DNA of 64,000 nt from Daphnia carinata (taxonomy: Eukaryota), in NCBI RefSeq assembly GCF_022539665.2, contig NC_081331.1:1116001-1180000 (forward strand), read 5' to 3'. Shown in pieces: positions 1-13,100 of the stretch. A model generated the notes under the pieces. It was not told where the DNA came from and ran no database searches. It saw only the letters and a program-made list of their open reading frames with translations. Made by a program: the position numbers and the translations under genes. Within the stretch, counting starts at the first letter, position 1. Each line of letters starts with the position of its first letter.

Positions 1-3000
1 AGCCTCTTCGACGCCATCCAGAGTGAAATCCACGCACATGGACCTTTCCTATTTACAATTCATTGAAGGAAACACATAAATAAAGATTAATGAATATACA
101 GGTATCATAAAACAGAACTGACATTGTATCATGGGCGCATCGAAACCTCCCCCCAAAAGCTCAGCACGCACGTTCAACTGTTCCGCCAGCTTGAAATTTA
201 CCATAGGAGAAGGTTCACCAGTTGAGACGCGAGGCTATTTGCATTATTGCTGACAAAATTTGAGCTATATTGATTATACACATCAGTACAAGTCAACTGT
301 CTCTCTTTGTCTGTGTGTGTGTGTGGCTCTCGATCTAATTCTATATGCGGAGCTGGAGCAGCTTAGAGTCAACGTACGCTGTCCAGGGTTACACCCACCG
401 CCCATCACCTTATACTTATTTATGTATAAGTCAGTAGAAAGCCCAGAGAAATAAGAGCTTTGAGCTTAAGGCACAACAACGTATAGAACTGCAGTGGCTG
501 GGGGCCAAAGCTATAATCCGATCGAACAGCAAGAGCGAGGACAGCGCCTGAGTAGGTAATTTGGAGCTTCAACTTTGATTGCAGATGCGTGTTCTGATAA
601 CACGGGCCAGCCATACTGATGGCTTCAGCTAACAGAGTATGGCACCTCTGCTTTCCTCTTCTTATTGGACAGTATTTATTTATTCAATCTTTCTTTATTA
701 ACTAAACGTCATTTTATTTGAGATGTGGCGATTTACGACGTTCATTTGATTTCATTTGAATTCAATAGAATCTCCACGAAGTTATACGAAAAGAGTAGCC
801 CGGATACTTGAGCGATGCAATGACTGATCCACTACACCATATCGCAAAAGTCTAGCGTAGATTTAACTCAAGTTGACATCACCTAGATGGTTTGCGCCAA
901 GATTTGCGAGATTGTTTGAGTCAGCGTGACGGGCATCACGTGAATCTGACCGTTCCATAGAATAGGATAAGACAGCAAAGGCAGGGTGACCATAAGGGAA
1001 CAAGACGTCACATCCTGTTGATTTTGAAACTTCATTTTTTTTTTTTTTCATTTCTTTGTCCCCACACGAGCGTTATGGAAGAAGGAAAAGTCGGCTTCCC
1101 AGATGGCCATTCATCGAATAGCAGTCATTCAGGGGAATCAAGTTTTACAGGTCGATAAACAAGTCGTGCAAAACACAAAGTTTCAGAAGGCGGCGGCCAG
1201 TGATGATTCATAGATGGAATCGACAGATGCTATAACTTTGGATGAGGCGAACAATGAAATAAACAGAGCATACTCTTCCGCCATATATTTTTTCTATCGT
1301 GTTTCTTTTTTGCCTTGACTGTGTGCACATCAGACGCCGGAAACGGACATCAGACACTACGCAGAGTCACAAAAAGTTGAAGGCGACTTGATAAGTTGAT
1401 TGCAAGAGCGCGTTTCTTATGATTTCTGACGCTTTTTTTTTCGTATATTTTTTGGTTCCATCTTCGCGGAAACACGGGACGTAAGGGGGTCGTGAACGAA
1501 ATCACGCAAGCAACAACTGAAAATGACAAAAAAAAAGGGGGAGAAGGGGAAGATTTTCTCAAGCGAATCGGCTCAAAGTCGCACGACGTTGCGATGCGTG
1601 GCCGCACCGGCCGCTGCGCTTCATCCGACCAGAACGGACATCGTCAGAGTTTTAAAATAATGGAATATAAAAAGAGCTTTTCTGCTGGCGTTGAGCTACG
1701 AAAAAATCGAGTGACGCAAACAACGGTGTCAATGTGCGCACCTCACTCATGAGGAACCAAGGACGACTATGGCTGGCAATGGACGTCATAACCAAAACTT
1801 ACTCACATCATTTCTTTTTTTTTTTTCACAACATCTGCTCTGCTGGGAATCGGCTTGTCTCGAATTTTTCTTTTTTCTGCTCGATATAATCATTTTTTTT
1901 TTTTGCTGCTTCCCAGGTTTGTACGGCCTTCGATTTATCATTCAATGAAATTCTAGTTGAATTCTTCTTGACAATGGCAATTTTCAATTCTGTGCTCCGA
2001 CATGAGGTGACGCTAAGTAATGGCAATTAGGGCACACTATACTTTGAACTCGTTTTCGATTTGAAAAAGAACGAAGAGAGCGAGACAAGAAAACGGTCGT
2101 TGAGTACAGGGCTGTGTAACTGTGCGTGTCTTCACAATTCACGGTCACCAATGAATTAAAATTGGACGGGAGAAATATGCGGATGGAAGTAAAAATTAGG
2201 GTTCCCGAAAAAAACCTCAAAGGTCCGCCTTCCGTGTCCGGCCTGCGGTCAAACTCAACAACTCCACACGGTTCTCTTATTCTTTACTTAGGGACGCATG
2301 GCTAACTACGCCAACACCTGTCTATGCTGTTTCGCTTTATTATTTCTTTTGTTCTCGTATTTTTTTCCTATTTATTTTATTTTATTTTATTTTTTCATAT
2401 TTTCGTAGTGGTGGTAAAAAGTTTGTTTATTATATTCCGAGAAAACCAAACTTGCCTTTTTCCAAGACACTTCCGGCCAATCTTCCATTTTCCCTTTCGT
2501 TTCCCAATTTACCAACTGCTTGTATTTTAAAGGAAACAAAAGATAAATGTCGATTCCAGTCGGTTTCACTTTCACCCAACTCACCACTTTTCCAACGTCA
2601 CTTTCCCTTCTTTCCATCGTATGCTGTTGACTATTCTAAAGCAAAAAGAAATGACGGAAGCGTAAAAATAAAAAAATAAACTAATATCGCACGCGAGACA
2701 ATGTCTCCATTGCAAAACGTTGAAAGTCTTTCCTTCGAAAAAAAAAAAAAAAAAAGAAAACTGAAAGTGGAAAGGTGACGAAGACCTCCTATCACATTCG
2801 AATCGATGGTCGCCTACACACAACAGGCAATCACGTTCTACACAAACACGAAATCCTATGGCTTTTCTTATTCTAAGCGAAAAGACGCGAGCTACTGTGG
2901 ATGAAGAAAGAGGCTCCTTTCATCGCAATAATAAGTGCAATCAAAGTTAAAAATAGTCTTCCGATTATTTTGTAAACATCTTTCGCAACAACAACCGAAT

Positions 3001-6000
3001 CATTATTTCGTGCCATCAGCGGGACAAACGCGAAGGGGAAAATAGCTGCAGAGTAGTGTTGAGTAAACATGACACTAAAGCGGATAAGATGAAGGGTGCG
3101 ATGAAGTGAAGCCGAGCATAACCGATTTTCAGCTATAGTGCTCTGCAAAGTGTCACTACCCCGTTTACCCCAAACAGAAAAAAAAAAGGAACCGGAGAGA
3201 CGAGGGAGAAAATCGGGACCGAATAAAAAAGAAAAAGGGAAAAGAAATAGGACAAAAGCAAAGGAAAGATTAAGAGATGGGAGAACAAACGACACGATAA
3301 CTCGACGTCTGGCTGATGTCAGGACTATATGACACCTCGTTATAACCGTAGTGAACGCAGTTATGAAATAATAGGCAGAACACATTGCGAGAGCTTGTCC
3401 CCAGCGGAAGATGTTTTGCTTCCACCATAGTTAAAGAAGTGGGTGCAGATAATAATAGGACAGCCGGGATGAGGAACAAGGCGAATAGTACAAGAGCGCA
3501 ATTGTATATCTAAGAAAAAAAAAAGGAAAAAAAAAAAATAAAGAAATAAAAGAAAACGAGAGCAGATAAAACGAGGCAAAGAAGATGAGTGAGATGTTGG
3601 CTGGCTGGCGTACCAATTAGAGCGAGTGAGCGCTGAGAATCCGAAGATTTAGTCGATCGTAACACAACCCGAGAGGCGTCGAGTAATTCATCAACTGCGA
3701 TTGTGTTATCATCTTGTGCCGTTTATTAAATGGAACGAGGTTCGACGGCTGGATATAAAATATATATAAAAAAAAAAATAAAATAAACGACATCAAAAGA
3801 TGGGAAGGAAGAAAAGAAAAAGAGATAGCGCGCTGAAATTGATCGATGGCCAACGGCTTTTGTGCTTTGCAACAACAACCGGACGGCGTGAAAAAAAAAA
3901 ACTCATCTTCCCGAGTAGTTCTCAGGAAAAGAAAAATAAAAACTAAAAAAAAAAAAGAATATCCTGTATCAAAGTTCACATGCCTGTGAAGAGCAATTCA
4001 ATCTGCAATATCTTCCTATATCTATCTTTTTTTTTTTCAAAAATGTATTTTCATCCCTTCGCTACTGTTTGAATCTCTTTCAAAACGCAACAAGAGATAG
4101 GCTTCATAAGAGATGACGGACGAACAGAAGGGGAAAAAAAATAGGATCATTTGGCCATTCTCATGGCCCGTGGCCACCTTACAAAGGACCCATCCTCGGG
4201 TCCGACAAAACCTCAAGAAAAATCAATCCATTCGCTAGTTGGTTCGATCCATTCGCCAGTCGGTCGATGCTGGACGTGTCGTGCAGAAAAAGAAAAAGAA
4301 AAAAAAAAACATCGATAAGATGCCATAATAGGATACGGTGCCTCGAACACACGTAAAAAAAGATTTGGCCGCGAGAAGCCACGCCTTTTTATTGTTATGA
4401 AAGCGGATGGGAAATAGGGTACGGTCGGACGCAGATGGCCAGTGAGTATAGTGGCAATGAAACTGAGCCAAAAATATCATAGCAAAATGGCGACGACAGA
4501 CGGGGACGAGTGAGAAAATTGACAGTCTGAACTCGTCACTTACTTGGCAGGCTGCGCCGTAATTCGGATGCAATTGTAAATTGTTGTAAGGATCCAATCG
4601 GATCGCGGCCGACGGTCGACCCGTCGCAGAAGAGCTCGCTTTCGTGGCCTCTTGCTGATGATAATGCTCCCATGTGGACACTTTCTCCGCTCCGTCCTTG
4701 GCACTGCACAAACGTTAAAGGAAAACACACAACAAAAGAAAAGAATTGTAAGTGAAAAAGGGATTGTGAGAGGGATGACAGACGGCCAGAAGAAGATGAG
4801 ATATTATCCAATCAATGATAGTAAGGCTATAAGGGTCAAAACAATCTTTCAAGAACGGGCTATAATTACTTGCGATTGTAGTTGTCTAATTGCGCTTGCA
4901 GATTGTACGAGTAATAGCCGACCAGGCGACCTGAACGTGCATCTACGCCCGCGTTGACCGACGAGGCCGACTGCTGCTGCTGGTAGCGGTGCGGTAAGTA
5001 ATGCGGATTGAGCTTTAACTCTTCGATAATGTCCGGACAATGATTGGACGTCTTGTGATTATCGCTGGTGGTGCTCCCAGATATGCTTCCGACGCTGCTA
5101 TTCGCACTTGCAGTGGAGATGCTCGATTTGGTGGACTGCTCATTGTCCACCGTGTCGGCCGAGAACGTGACCCGCCTCGATCCGGACGAACGAGACGACG
5201 AATTAGAAAGTCGGTCGTGTTCAAATGGATCGCCGTAGCTCGTCTGATGAGACGGCATACACATCCGGTTGGGTGTCACTGCAACAAGGACTTCATTATC
5301 GTTGGTAGTCGCCTCTTCAGTGATTGTCGTTGGGTGATACATGCCAGCCAAGTAGGAGAAAGGCGATGCACCAGGGCAATAAAGCTCGCCGCCATTGATT
5401 CGTCTGTCGTTGATCGTCATCTGCGGCTGCTTATTGCCAACTGAAAAATTGACGTCGCCATTCTCGGGCACGTAAACCTGATCCAGTCTGCGGTTAAAAA
5501 ATGGATCGTCGTCATCGCTTTCGGTTAACAATTGCGAACGCGAACTCTTGTCCCAGCGTTCCTTCATCATCGAAATGCGCCGCGCGATCGAACTGCCGAT
5601 CGTGGCCGACTCGTCCTCATTTTTGCTGGCCGGGCTAGCCGGATAGGAAACGTAGACTTCGGGCGTTGATCCGCTGCACGATGTGGATGCGTCGCTATTT
5701 TTACTGAGGGCGCGTGACACGGTGGCCACCACCCGACTTTGGCTGATTGTCTGACTAAGTTGGCGAATTTCAGATAACTCGGCTGGCGTCATCTTTTGAT
5801 TGCGGCAAAGGTCTTCTTTATTGTATTGCTGTCTGTTTGCATGGGCTGAATCTGAAGCCGAATCGTCTGTCGATTGGCCGTCATAGCTTGTCATGACGAG
5901 AAGCGAGTGAGTGACGATCGAATCAAGGCCGCCGCGATCTTCGTCGTCAGCAAAGGCCACTCGGCCATCGGCGTGATCGTCAGTTTGCGGAGCGATCAAA

Positions 6001-7189
6001 ATTTTCGTCACGTAGTTCTCGTTTTGTTGCACGATTGCAGAGGTGGCAGCTTTGCAGCCACGACGTCCAGCAATGGCCGCACTCTTGGACGGCCACACAG
6101 GATGTGGTATAGTCCTGTGAGAAGTGGACGGATGATCGTTGCTGATGTGCGCGTGTTCATCATCCTCGTCCCACTCGTCGACAACGGCGATCGGTCTCTG
6201 CTTGGACGCTTCATCAGTTCCGGTGCTGTTCGGCTTGTTGGCACCCGCCACCGATGGCATGTGAATTCTGGTTACATAGAGCGAGTCTTGATGCACCAGA
6301 TTAGCTTTTCCGATCCGTCGCGGTATCAATCCGGCAGCTGCGACGCCATCGGCCGTTGTCGCTTTCTTGGACGGCGGCGATCGATCCAGTCGCGGCCCTA
6401 ACACGAACTGACGTCGGTAATCACTGGCGGGACTCGACTCGACTAAGTGTTGCTGGTAGTGACGACGTTGATTGTCGACCTGATAATGCTGTCCTTGTTG
6501 GCTACTCGGGTTGACTTGATGTTTGTGATTGGGCGCGTTGGTGCCGTTTGGCCGACGTTTGTCCGCATCGACAGCGCTTTCGTAACCCGACGAGCTGGGC
6601 GTTTGGCATTGTTCGCTCCGGTTTGACGAACGACTGTCATCCATCAGCCGCTTCTCACCTTCGGTTAACTTAATCATCATCACGTCTTTTGGTGAGTCGA
6701 CAAATAACGGGTTCATCCTGTAACACAACGGCCTGCTCATTATCTAGGCTTCTGAAAAATAAACTGATTTTCCCCCTCTCTAACGGACATCAGGTCCTAT
6801 TCGAATTGGCGTTTATCAACACGCACGCCAACACGGACTCTGGCGTGGTGGCGATCGATAGCCAACGCCCGACAAAACACAGAGACACATAGTCTCTTAA
6901 ATGTATAACAAACACTAGTTATATACTTATACTTATTGCGATGCGCTTGAGTATTGCATTACCTGGTAACCGAGTAGATTTGCTCCGGTTCAGATTGTCG
7001 TCTCAGCGCTGCCGATTTCCAAGTCCTTTTCGTATCCAAGAGGATGGTGTTGACGTTAAGGGTCGCCAGGGGATCGTCTGTAAGCCAAGGAAGTGGGCTA
7101 TTGTCAATGGTATTCGATGTCTTATTAGACCTAGACGGAGACACAGTCGGGGGATTGTTCCCCTTTGGTGCTGCAATCCACTTGAGCAT
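1..7189 (-). CDS. Unidentified multi-exon gene; long low-complexity, probably disordered N-terminal region; 3' part lies beyond the left edge
   Basis: 624-aa S/Q/D-rich ORF at 4866-6740. Frame-consistent exon chain: 7189-6963 (GCCATG start, donor AG|GTAATG), 6717-4870 (acceptor gttacag|, donor AA|GTAATT), 4703-4544 (acceptor gtgcag|, donor CAA|GTAAGT), a possible 33-nt exon 234-202 (PRVSTGEPSPM) and 48-1 (ERSMCVDFTLDGVEEA). No family recognised. The last two exons and the first exon are less certain. Confidence 0.6.
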
Positions 7190-10100
7190 GGCGTCCGTCC
7201 TTTGATGACTGTCGACTCACAACGGCAGGGTTGAAACCCTACGGTGAGAAAAAACAAAAAGTGGTTTTCTTAAATCAATTTGGAATCAAAGAAGAAGAAA
7301 CCAAACAATGAAGGGCGTTGTGTTCTTCTGTCGGAACATAATAGAAAGTTAAAAGCAATACACACAACCAAAATCGAGAATTGAATTACGAGTGGTTGGT
7401 TGATGCAAAAACGCGAGAGTTGTGTTGGCCCGTTTGTGCAGCAGCGCGGTGTTTTAAAGAAAAACAGCTAAACTGATGACATTCTTACAATGTTTGGTCA
7501 TCTTGTGCCACTCTGGTGTGCAAAGAATCAAGTGAAAAGAGGTTTGTCGTGAATGTTTCGTTTATCCGGCGTAAAGTCAAGATTGTAGACCCTTTCAAGG
7601 GTTAGCAAGCAACAGCTCTTGAGTAAAAGTGGGCCTCGTAAACAAGCACGTTCGATACGTTGGTCTGTAATTTCTTTTTTATTATTAACTAAGATACTTC
7701 CGCGTTGCATATGTTGATTCTAAGAGATAATAGTTCGGCATATTTCGAATAGATCCGGAATTAGAATATGCCTATTATTAGATCGGGTTCCAATCTCCTT
7801 ACGAGGAAAACTATTCTTGCAGTCGGATAGCCTTTAACGCATATGCAACGCACATTCACAACACGAAAGTTGAGTGGTATGGGGAAATTCCCACGTCCAC
7901 TACTCCTCTTCTTTCTATACATATATACACTATACGTTATAGGTTTATTTGAGAAAAGAAGATGAACAGGATTGTGGCATTCCTTGATTCCATTCGATGG
8001 AATAAACTGTATAGTAGACTTGGCCCGGATGCAAGCCAATCACTACAACAAGTCCGGAAACGTCATTGGTCGGGGAATGGCAGCAACTACGTGACTCCCA
8101 ATTGGAATTCCTCGCCAACAGAGACACACGATATGTATCTACATGAATAGAGTTCAGCTGCGAGATGACAGCGAGAGAGAAAATGCCGCCTGTACATTCC
8201 TTATTAAGACATCGTTGAGAAACGTCGAACAACGCGATTGAATTTCTAGCGATTCTCATTTCGTTTTATATAATGCCCGACGTGTATGGCAGCAGGGGGA
8301 AACATAAACCCTCTACACGCTCATTCTTTTCGCATGATTGCATTCCGATTGGACGGTGAAATGATAAAGACGTGGAATTCGGTTCCCCGTCTCGCAGGCT
8401 GCGTTTCTATGGCCACTGGTTGATGTGTTGCCAAGTCTTGCATCAGCCAAGACGCTGAGAAGAGGCAACAGGCATTTTCAAAATCAATAGACCAGAACAT
8501 TGGCCAACCATTGGACACATATAGAGAGCTAGAATTCACTTTCACGCAAGAGTTGCTTCGTCCTTCATCTACCGAACTATTTCCTTTTCTTTGTCGAGCA
8601 TCTCGCTGTGTTGACGCCATCATCAACTGGCTGATAACATAATCAAGCCAGCTGCTACCTACACCCCCCACAACACACAGTACAGACGCTCAGTGATGAT
8701 AGACAAAAGAGCGCTGTGTATTTTACATGGACGCGAATGGAACGAGGGCCGAAAAGGTGTGCAATGAGCGCACCTTTTGTTTTCCCCTGTAGGATGTGTG
8801 TGTACCAGCAGTCGGTCAAAGAAGAGGCACCCTTTTTCCAGCTGCTTCCTACACCCTAAGGCCATGCCTCTTGTTATAGTCGCCAACTTCACCTGTAGCT
8901 GTGCTGAGTATTATTAGTGTGTGCAGCCTGTCTGTCTAGGGTTAGAGTGTACACAATATAATATGCCTTGCTCGCTTCCTTTCTCTCACACCCTCTTTCT
9001 GTCCTCCCTGACCCATTCCACTGTTCTTCACATCGCTGGTAGTCGCCTTTCTTGTTACTTATTCTTAAAGTCGACCTACTTTTCTTCTTTCTTTTTCCCT
9101 TTCAATTGTGTTGTCTTCTTCAGTTTCATCCTAGAACTTGCCTTTCTCTTGTAGGACAAAAACTTACTTCCTCTAATTGTTTTTGCCTCAACTGTTTGTC
9201 ATTTGTGACAGTCTCTTACGGCCGTCGACTGATTCTCTAGCAAACATAATCCGACACTCTAATCCGTGGAGCTCAAATATAAAATGATCTGATCACGATC
9301 GTGCTTAACGTCCCAGCTTGCTGAGTTTATCCAGCAAGTTTGTAGGGCTTACGTATGGCAGAGGTAGCAACAGCAAACTCTCGAATGTTCGTAGGTGGAC
9401 ACGTTACAGTGCGATAGGCTTTTCATTTACACGTTTCTCACGCGTGCTTTACGTCACTGTGTAGGTGTATGGTGTGTCATTGATTATGTTCGTTGTTAAG
9501 AAGCGCAGTTTCGACGGCTGGCAAATGCTAGTTTTAAGCAGTTCTCAACTAGGGCGACACCAAGGAGCCGTGAAAGGTAATATATGACGTGCACGGCAGA
9601 CTCACCTTTCGTTTGTACGGAAAAAGAATGGCTACTGATCTAGTCTCGTACGCGAAAATTGTTTTTAATTCTATACGGTAAGTTTCACTGCCCTACATTG
9701 CCATCATTTCAGTTACTGTGTCATTCGGGACTGTATAGAGGTATCGCTAAACTATGAAACACAGCTGGCCGGGGATTGAATCAATAGCTGCTTTAACATG
9801 AGACGCAAATTGTTTAAATGTTTACAATTTTTTTTCGCTTTCTTTCTGCACCCTGTTGAAAACAAACCGGAAAAATTGGGACGAGTTCAGGTGGAATTTC
9901 AAAGCAAGAGTTTTTGTTGTTGTTATATGTTATAGGGGCGCAAACAAAAACAGGCCCAGATACAACGGGTTCGGCTCAAGAGAAAAGCACGCCGAATATG
10001 TCCAACCGGTAGCTTAGTGGATGGGTAATCACGCCGAAGAACAAAGACGCATCCCAAGCAAAAGTCCTTTGATGTCCTTTGTTGTACCAGTCGTGTTTAC

Positions 10101-13100
10101 ACTTGTTGTCCTTTTTTTTTTCTTTAAATTCCAAATGCCATTCTGGTATCAATTAATCAACATGTCTTCGCTTGGTTCCGCAATCCTGACTTACCGGAAT
10201 GACATACACATCGGCTGTACGCCATTCCGGGTGCTTGCATCTTTTCAACGTCAACCTCTCACACAATTTTGGCTATGAAAATCACTTTGAACAAGACTTA
10301 CCTTCATTCTCTACAGGGTATTTCCAATAAGGTATTGTAATAATCCAGGAACTTTGGTTAGTCGAACTATTTTGGAAGAAAAATCAGCCTAGGCAGCACG
10401 ATATCGAAAGAAAATAATCCACCAGTGAGCGAACAAACAACTTCTGCTCGCACATCCAAATAAAACCCCCAATTATATAGCGGACATCACTGGGCCGGAA
10501 AAGCAGACTCCTGCGGCTATGTGGTAAGCGGAAGAAGGGGAGGGGGGTTGCGAGTTGTGTGTGCAGGCGAAACGTAGAGACCCGACTGATGTTGTCGACT
10601 ATATTCACCCGGCTGGTTATAGAAGAAGAAATATATAAAGAACAAACGCACCACACCGGACTTTTTTTTTTTGAAAAGAAGTAAACAACAGAAAGAGAGG
10701 TGGCTACGTGATTGGTCAGCCCTTGGGTCCGGCCTTAAAGTCTTCCTCTAATATTCGTGGGCGGAACAGGTGGTTTTTTTTTTTTTGAGGAAGTTCTTCG
10801 TGGAAAGTAGGTTCCCTGCTGATGGTATTGTCTTTTTTTTTGTGTTCTGTTTCCCTTTTTCACCTTCCCTTTCCTTCACCCCCGCCCACCCCCATTTTTC
10901 TTCATATCGGAACGTGAGCGCGGCTCTTTTAGCAAATGAACACAATCAAGTTTTCCCATCTTTGTTGTACCGAGATATAAAACAAACGAATCGCAAAAAA
11001 AAATCAAAGTACATAATACAAGCGATTGTGTTTGCAATTAAATGGAGTGGAAAAACAATCTGATATTGGGCGGCTGATAGCAACAACTTTGATCCGGTAC
11101 CTTGAGCAAAGGTGAACTTCATTATCTTTGACTTCCTTTCGCTTTTATTTGACGTCAGAAAATTAAAAAAAAAAATATCTCATTAAGTGGTCCTTAAAGT
11201 CTAAAGAGGATTTCAAGGAACTACTCCCTTGCTGTCTTTCTACCTTTCCACAAATGGTGGATAACTTTTTGGAATACGAGCCAAAAACTAAGGGAGAAAA
11301 CGAACTCGGCTAAAGTTATACACAATTCACTGCATGAGTGACTATATAACACGATGTAGACAAAAGCAACTTGCCAACAAGCATTATATACACACCGACT
11401 ATTCTACGAAAGATGGTTACTATGGTTTCTTTATTGTCCTAATCAGTTATCAGATCTGCGACGTTGTAAACGCTGTGAATCATCGTCAATGCTGAATACA
11501 CTTTTGCTGCTGATCCATTGTCGATCGTTATCGTCTGTGCCGAGGTCCTTCCTGTTTGTTTGTTTGTGGTTCGCCTATAATAAACAATAACATCACACGA
11601 AGCTCGCCTTCCCCGTCAGTCTCTCACGCCAGGGAAGCATTTCTTTCTTTCGTTTTGAACAATCGTTTACGAATTTTTTTGCCTCAAATTCTTCCCGCGC
11701 CATCGTTTTTTTTTTCCTTCGGAAATGAACGAGTGGGGACGGTTAGACAAACGCGAGAACCAAGTCAAGAACGTCGTTTTCTGATTGTTTGGTCACTTTC
11801 AATTGTTCAAACGAAAGCGATGGCAACGCGTTTTTTTTCAAGGTGCATCTGAGTTTCGAGTGTTGCGGTTCGGCCGTTTGACACGTAAACAGATGACATT
11901 ATGTGTTACCGCCTTTTTGTAGCCTAATGCTAATCGATTTGGCATCAGCCTCGGTGTAAAACTAAATCGTAATTCAAGGTCCCACGCACGCTACGTCGTC
12001 AAGTTTAAAAGAAAAATAAAAACCGCAAGAGCGGAGAGAAGCCCTTTTGGCGACGACGACTAGGTCGTCTGATTGTCCACTAACACACTTTTTTATTTGC
12101 AGATGAAACAAATATTGTGCTTCGTTCAGAGTTAATGGCGTATTGAAGACCTTCGTGGCCGACTCAATCGGCCTTACACAACAGTAGCCCGCGCTATTAT
12201 GTGAGGCCAAAACATCCAAATAATTAATAAATATGTACATAGTGCAGCCCACAAACTTATTGTTCGCTTCAGTTATTGTCAGTTTAATGTTCTACGGTCT
12301 CTTTAGTGGGTTTCTTTTTCGGTTTGCGTTCCTTTGCTGGAGATGATCTAAATCTAATTGCTTCACGGATCTTAAGCTGTGACTCATTCGGTGTGTGATA
12401 TTTTTTTTTAAATAAGGACTTTCATTAGATGCTTAACTGGGGTAAAAACAAGTAAAATCTTGAGTTGTGCAACTTCAAACTGAGGGCAGACATTAACGCT
12501 GGGCCACAAGCCTCCATCTAATGATAAGAAGTATTCATGTGTAACCATTGAACATGCAAATTTGCGGAAGTAAAAAGGAAAAGCAACAGCAACAAGATTG
12601 GCATATAATTGAACGAAAAATGTTCAGTTGCTCAGATCCGGGATAGAGGCAAATGAAATGACTCTGTCCTTCGACGCTTTAGTTATCCAATTAGAAAGTA
12701 AACGCGCAATGAGACCGAATAAATGATTTTTTTGTTATTGTGGCACTCATTGTTATTTCAAGTATTTAAAGCCAATCTATATACTAATACATCCGTATAT
12801 ATCGGGCTACCTTTTGTTTTTCCAACAATACAAACTCGCAATAAAAAAATGCCAATAAAACATTTGCTTTTCAATGCCGACGTTGTAAGCTGTTCTATAT
12901 ATTTTCGAACCCTAGAATGCATTGTGCTTGGCATTTGATAAAAGACGGCAGCTACTGGCGCCGATTGTTGCAATGAAATCGATGTATTATTCCTTTTTCT
13001 TTTGCGTATATTATTTATCTTTTACGCGCACGAACAATAACACGATGTACGTAACAGTCTGCCTTGTATCGCATGCGTAACAGCTGACTGATTTTACAGG

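Noticed and set aside
4704..4730. TTTCCTTTAAC (minus strand) resembling a U12 branch site
   Set aside because: Imperfect match, and the paired donor is GTAATT rather than GTATCC/ATATCC. No U12-type donors seen in the LZTR1 portion present either.
5040..6401. Plus-strand ORFs 5040-5444 and 5874-6401 (and similar ones over INO80D and CDA5)
   Set aside because: Antisense shadows of real coding exons, with no recognisable motifs.
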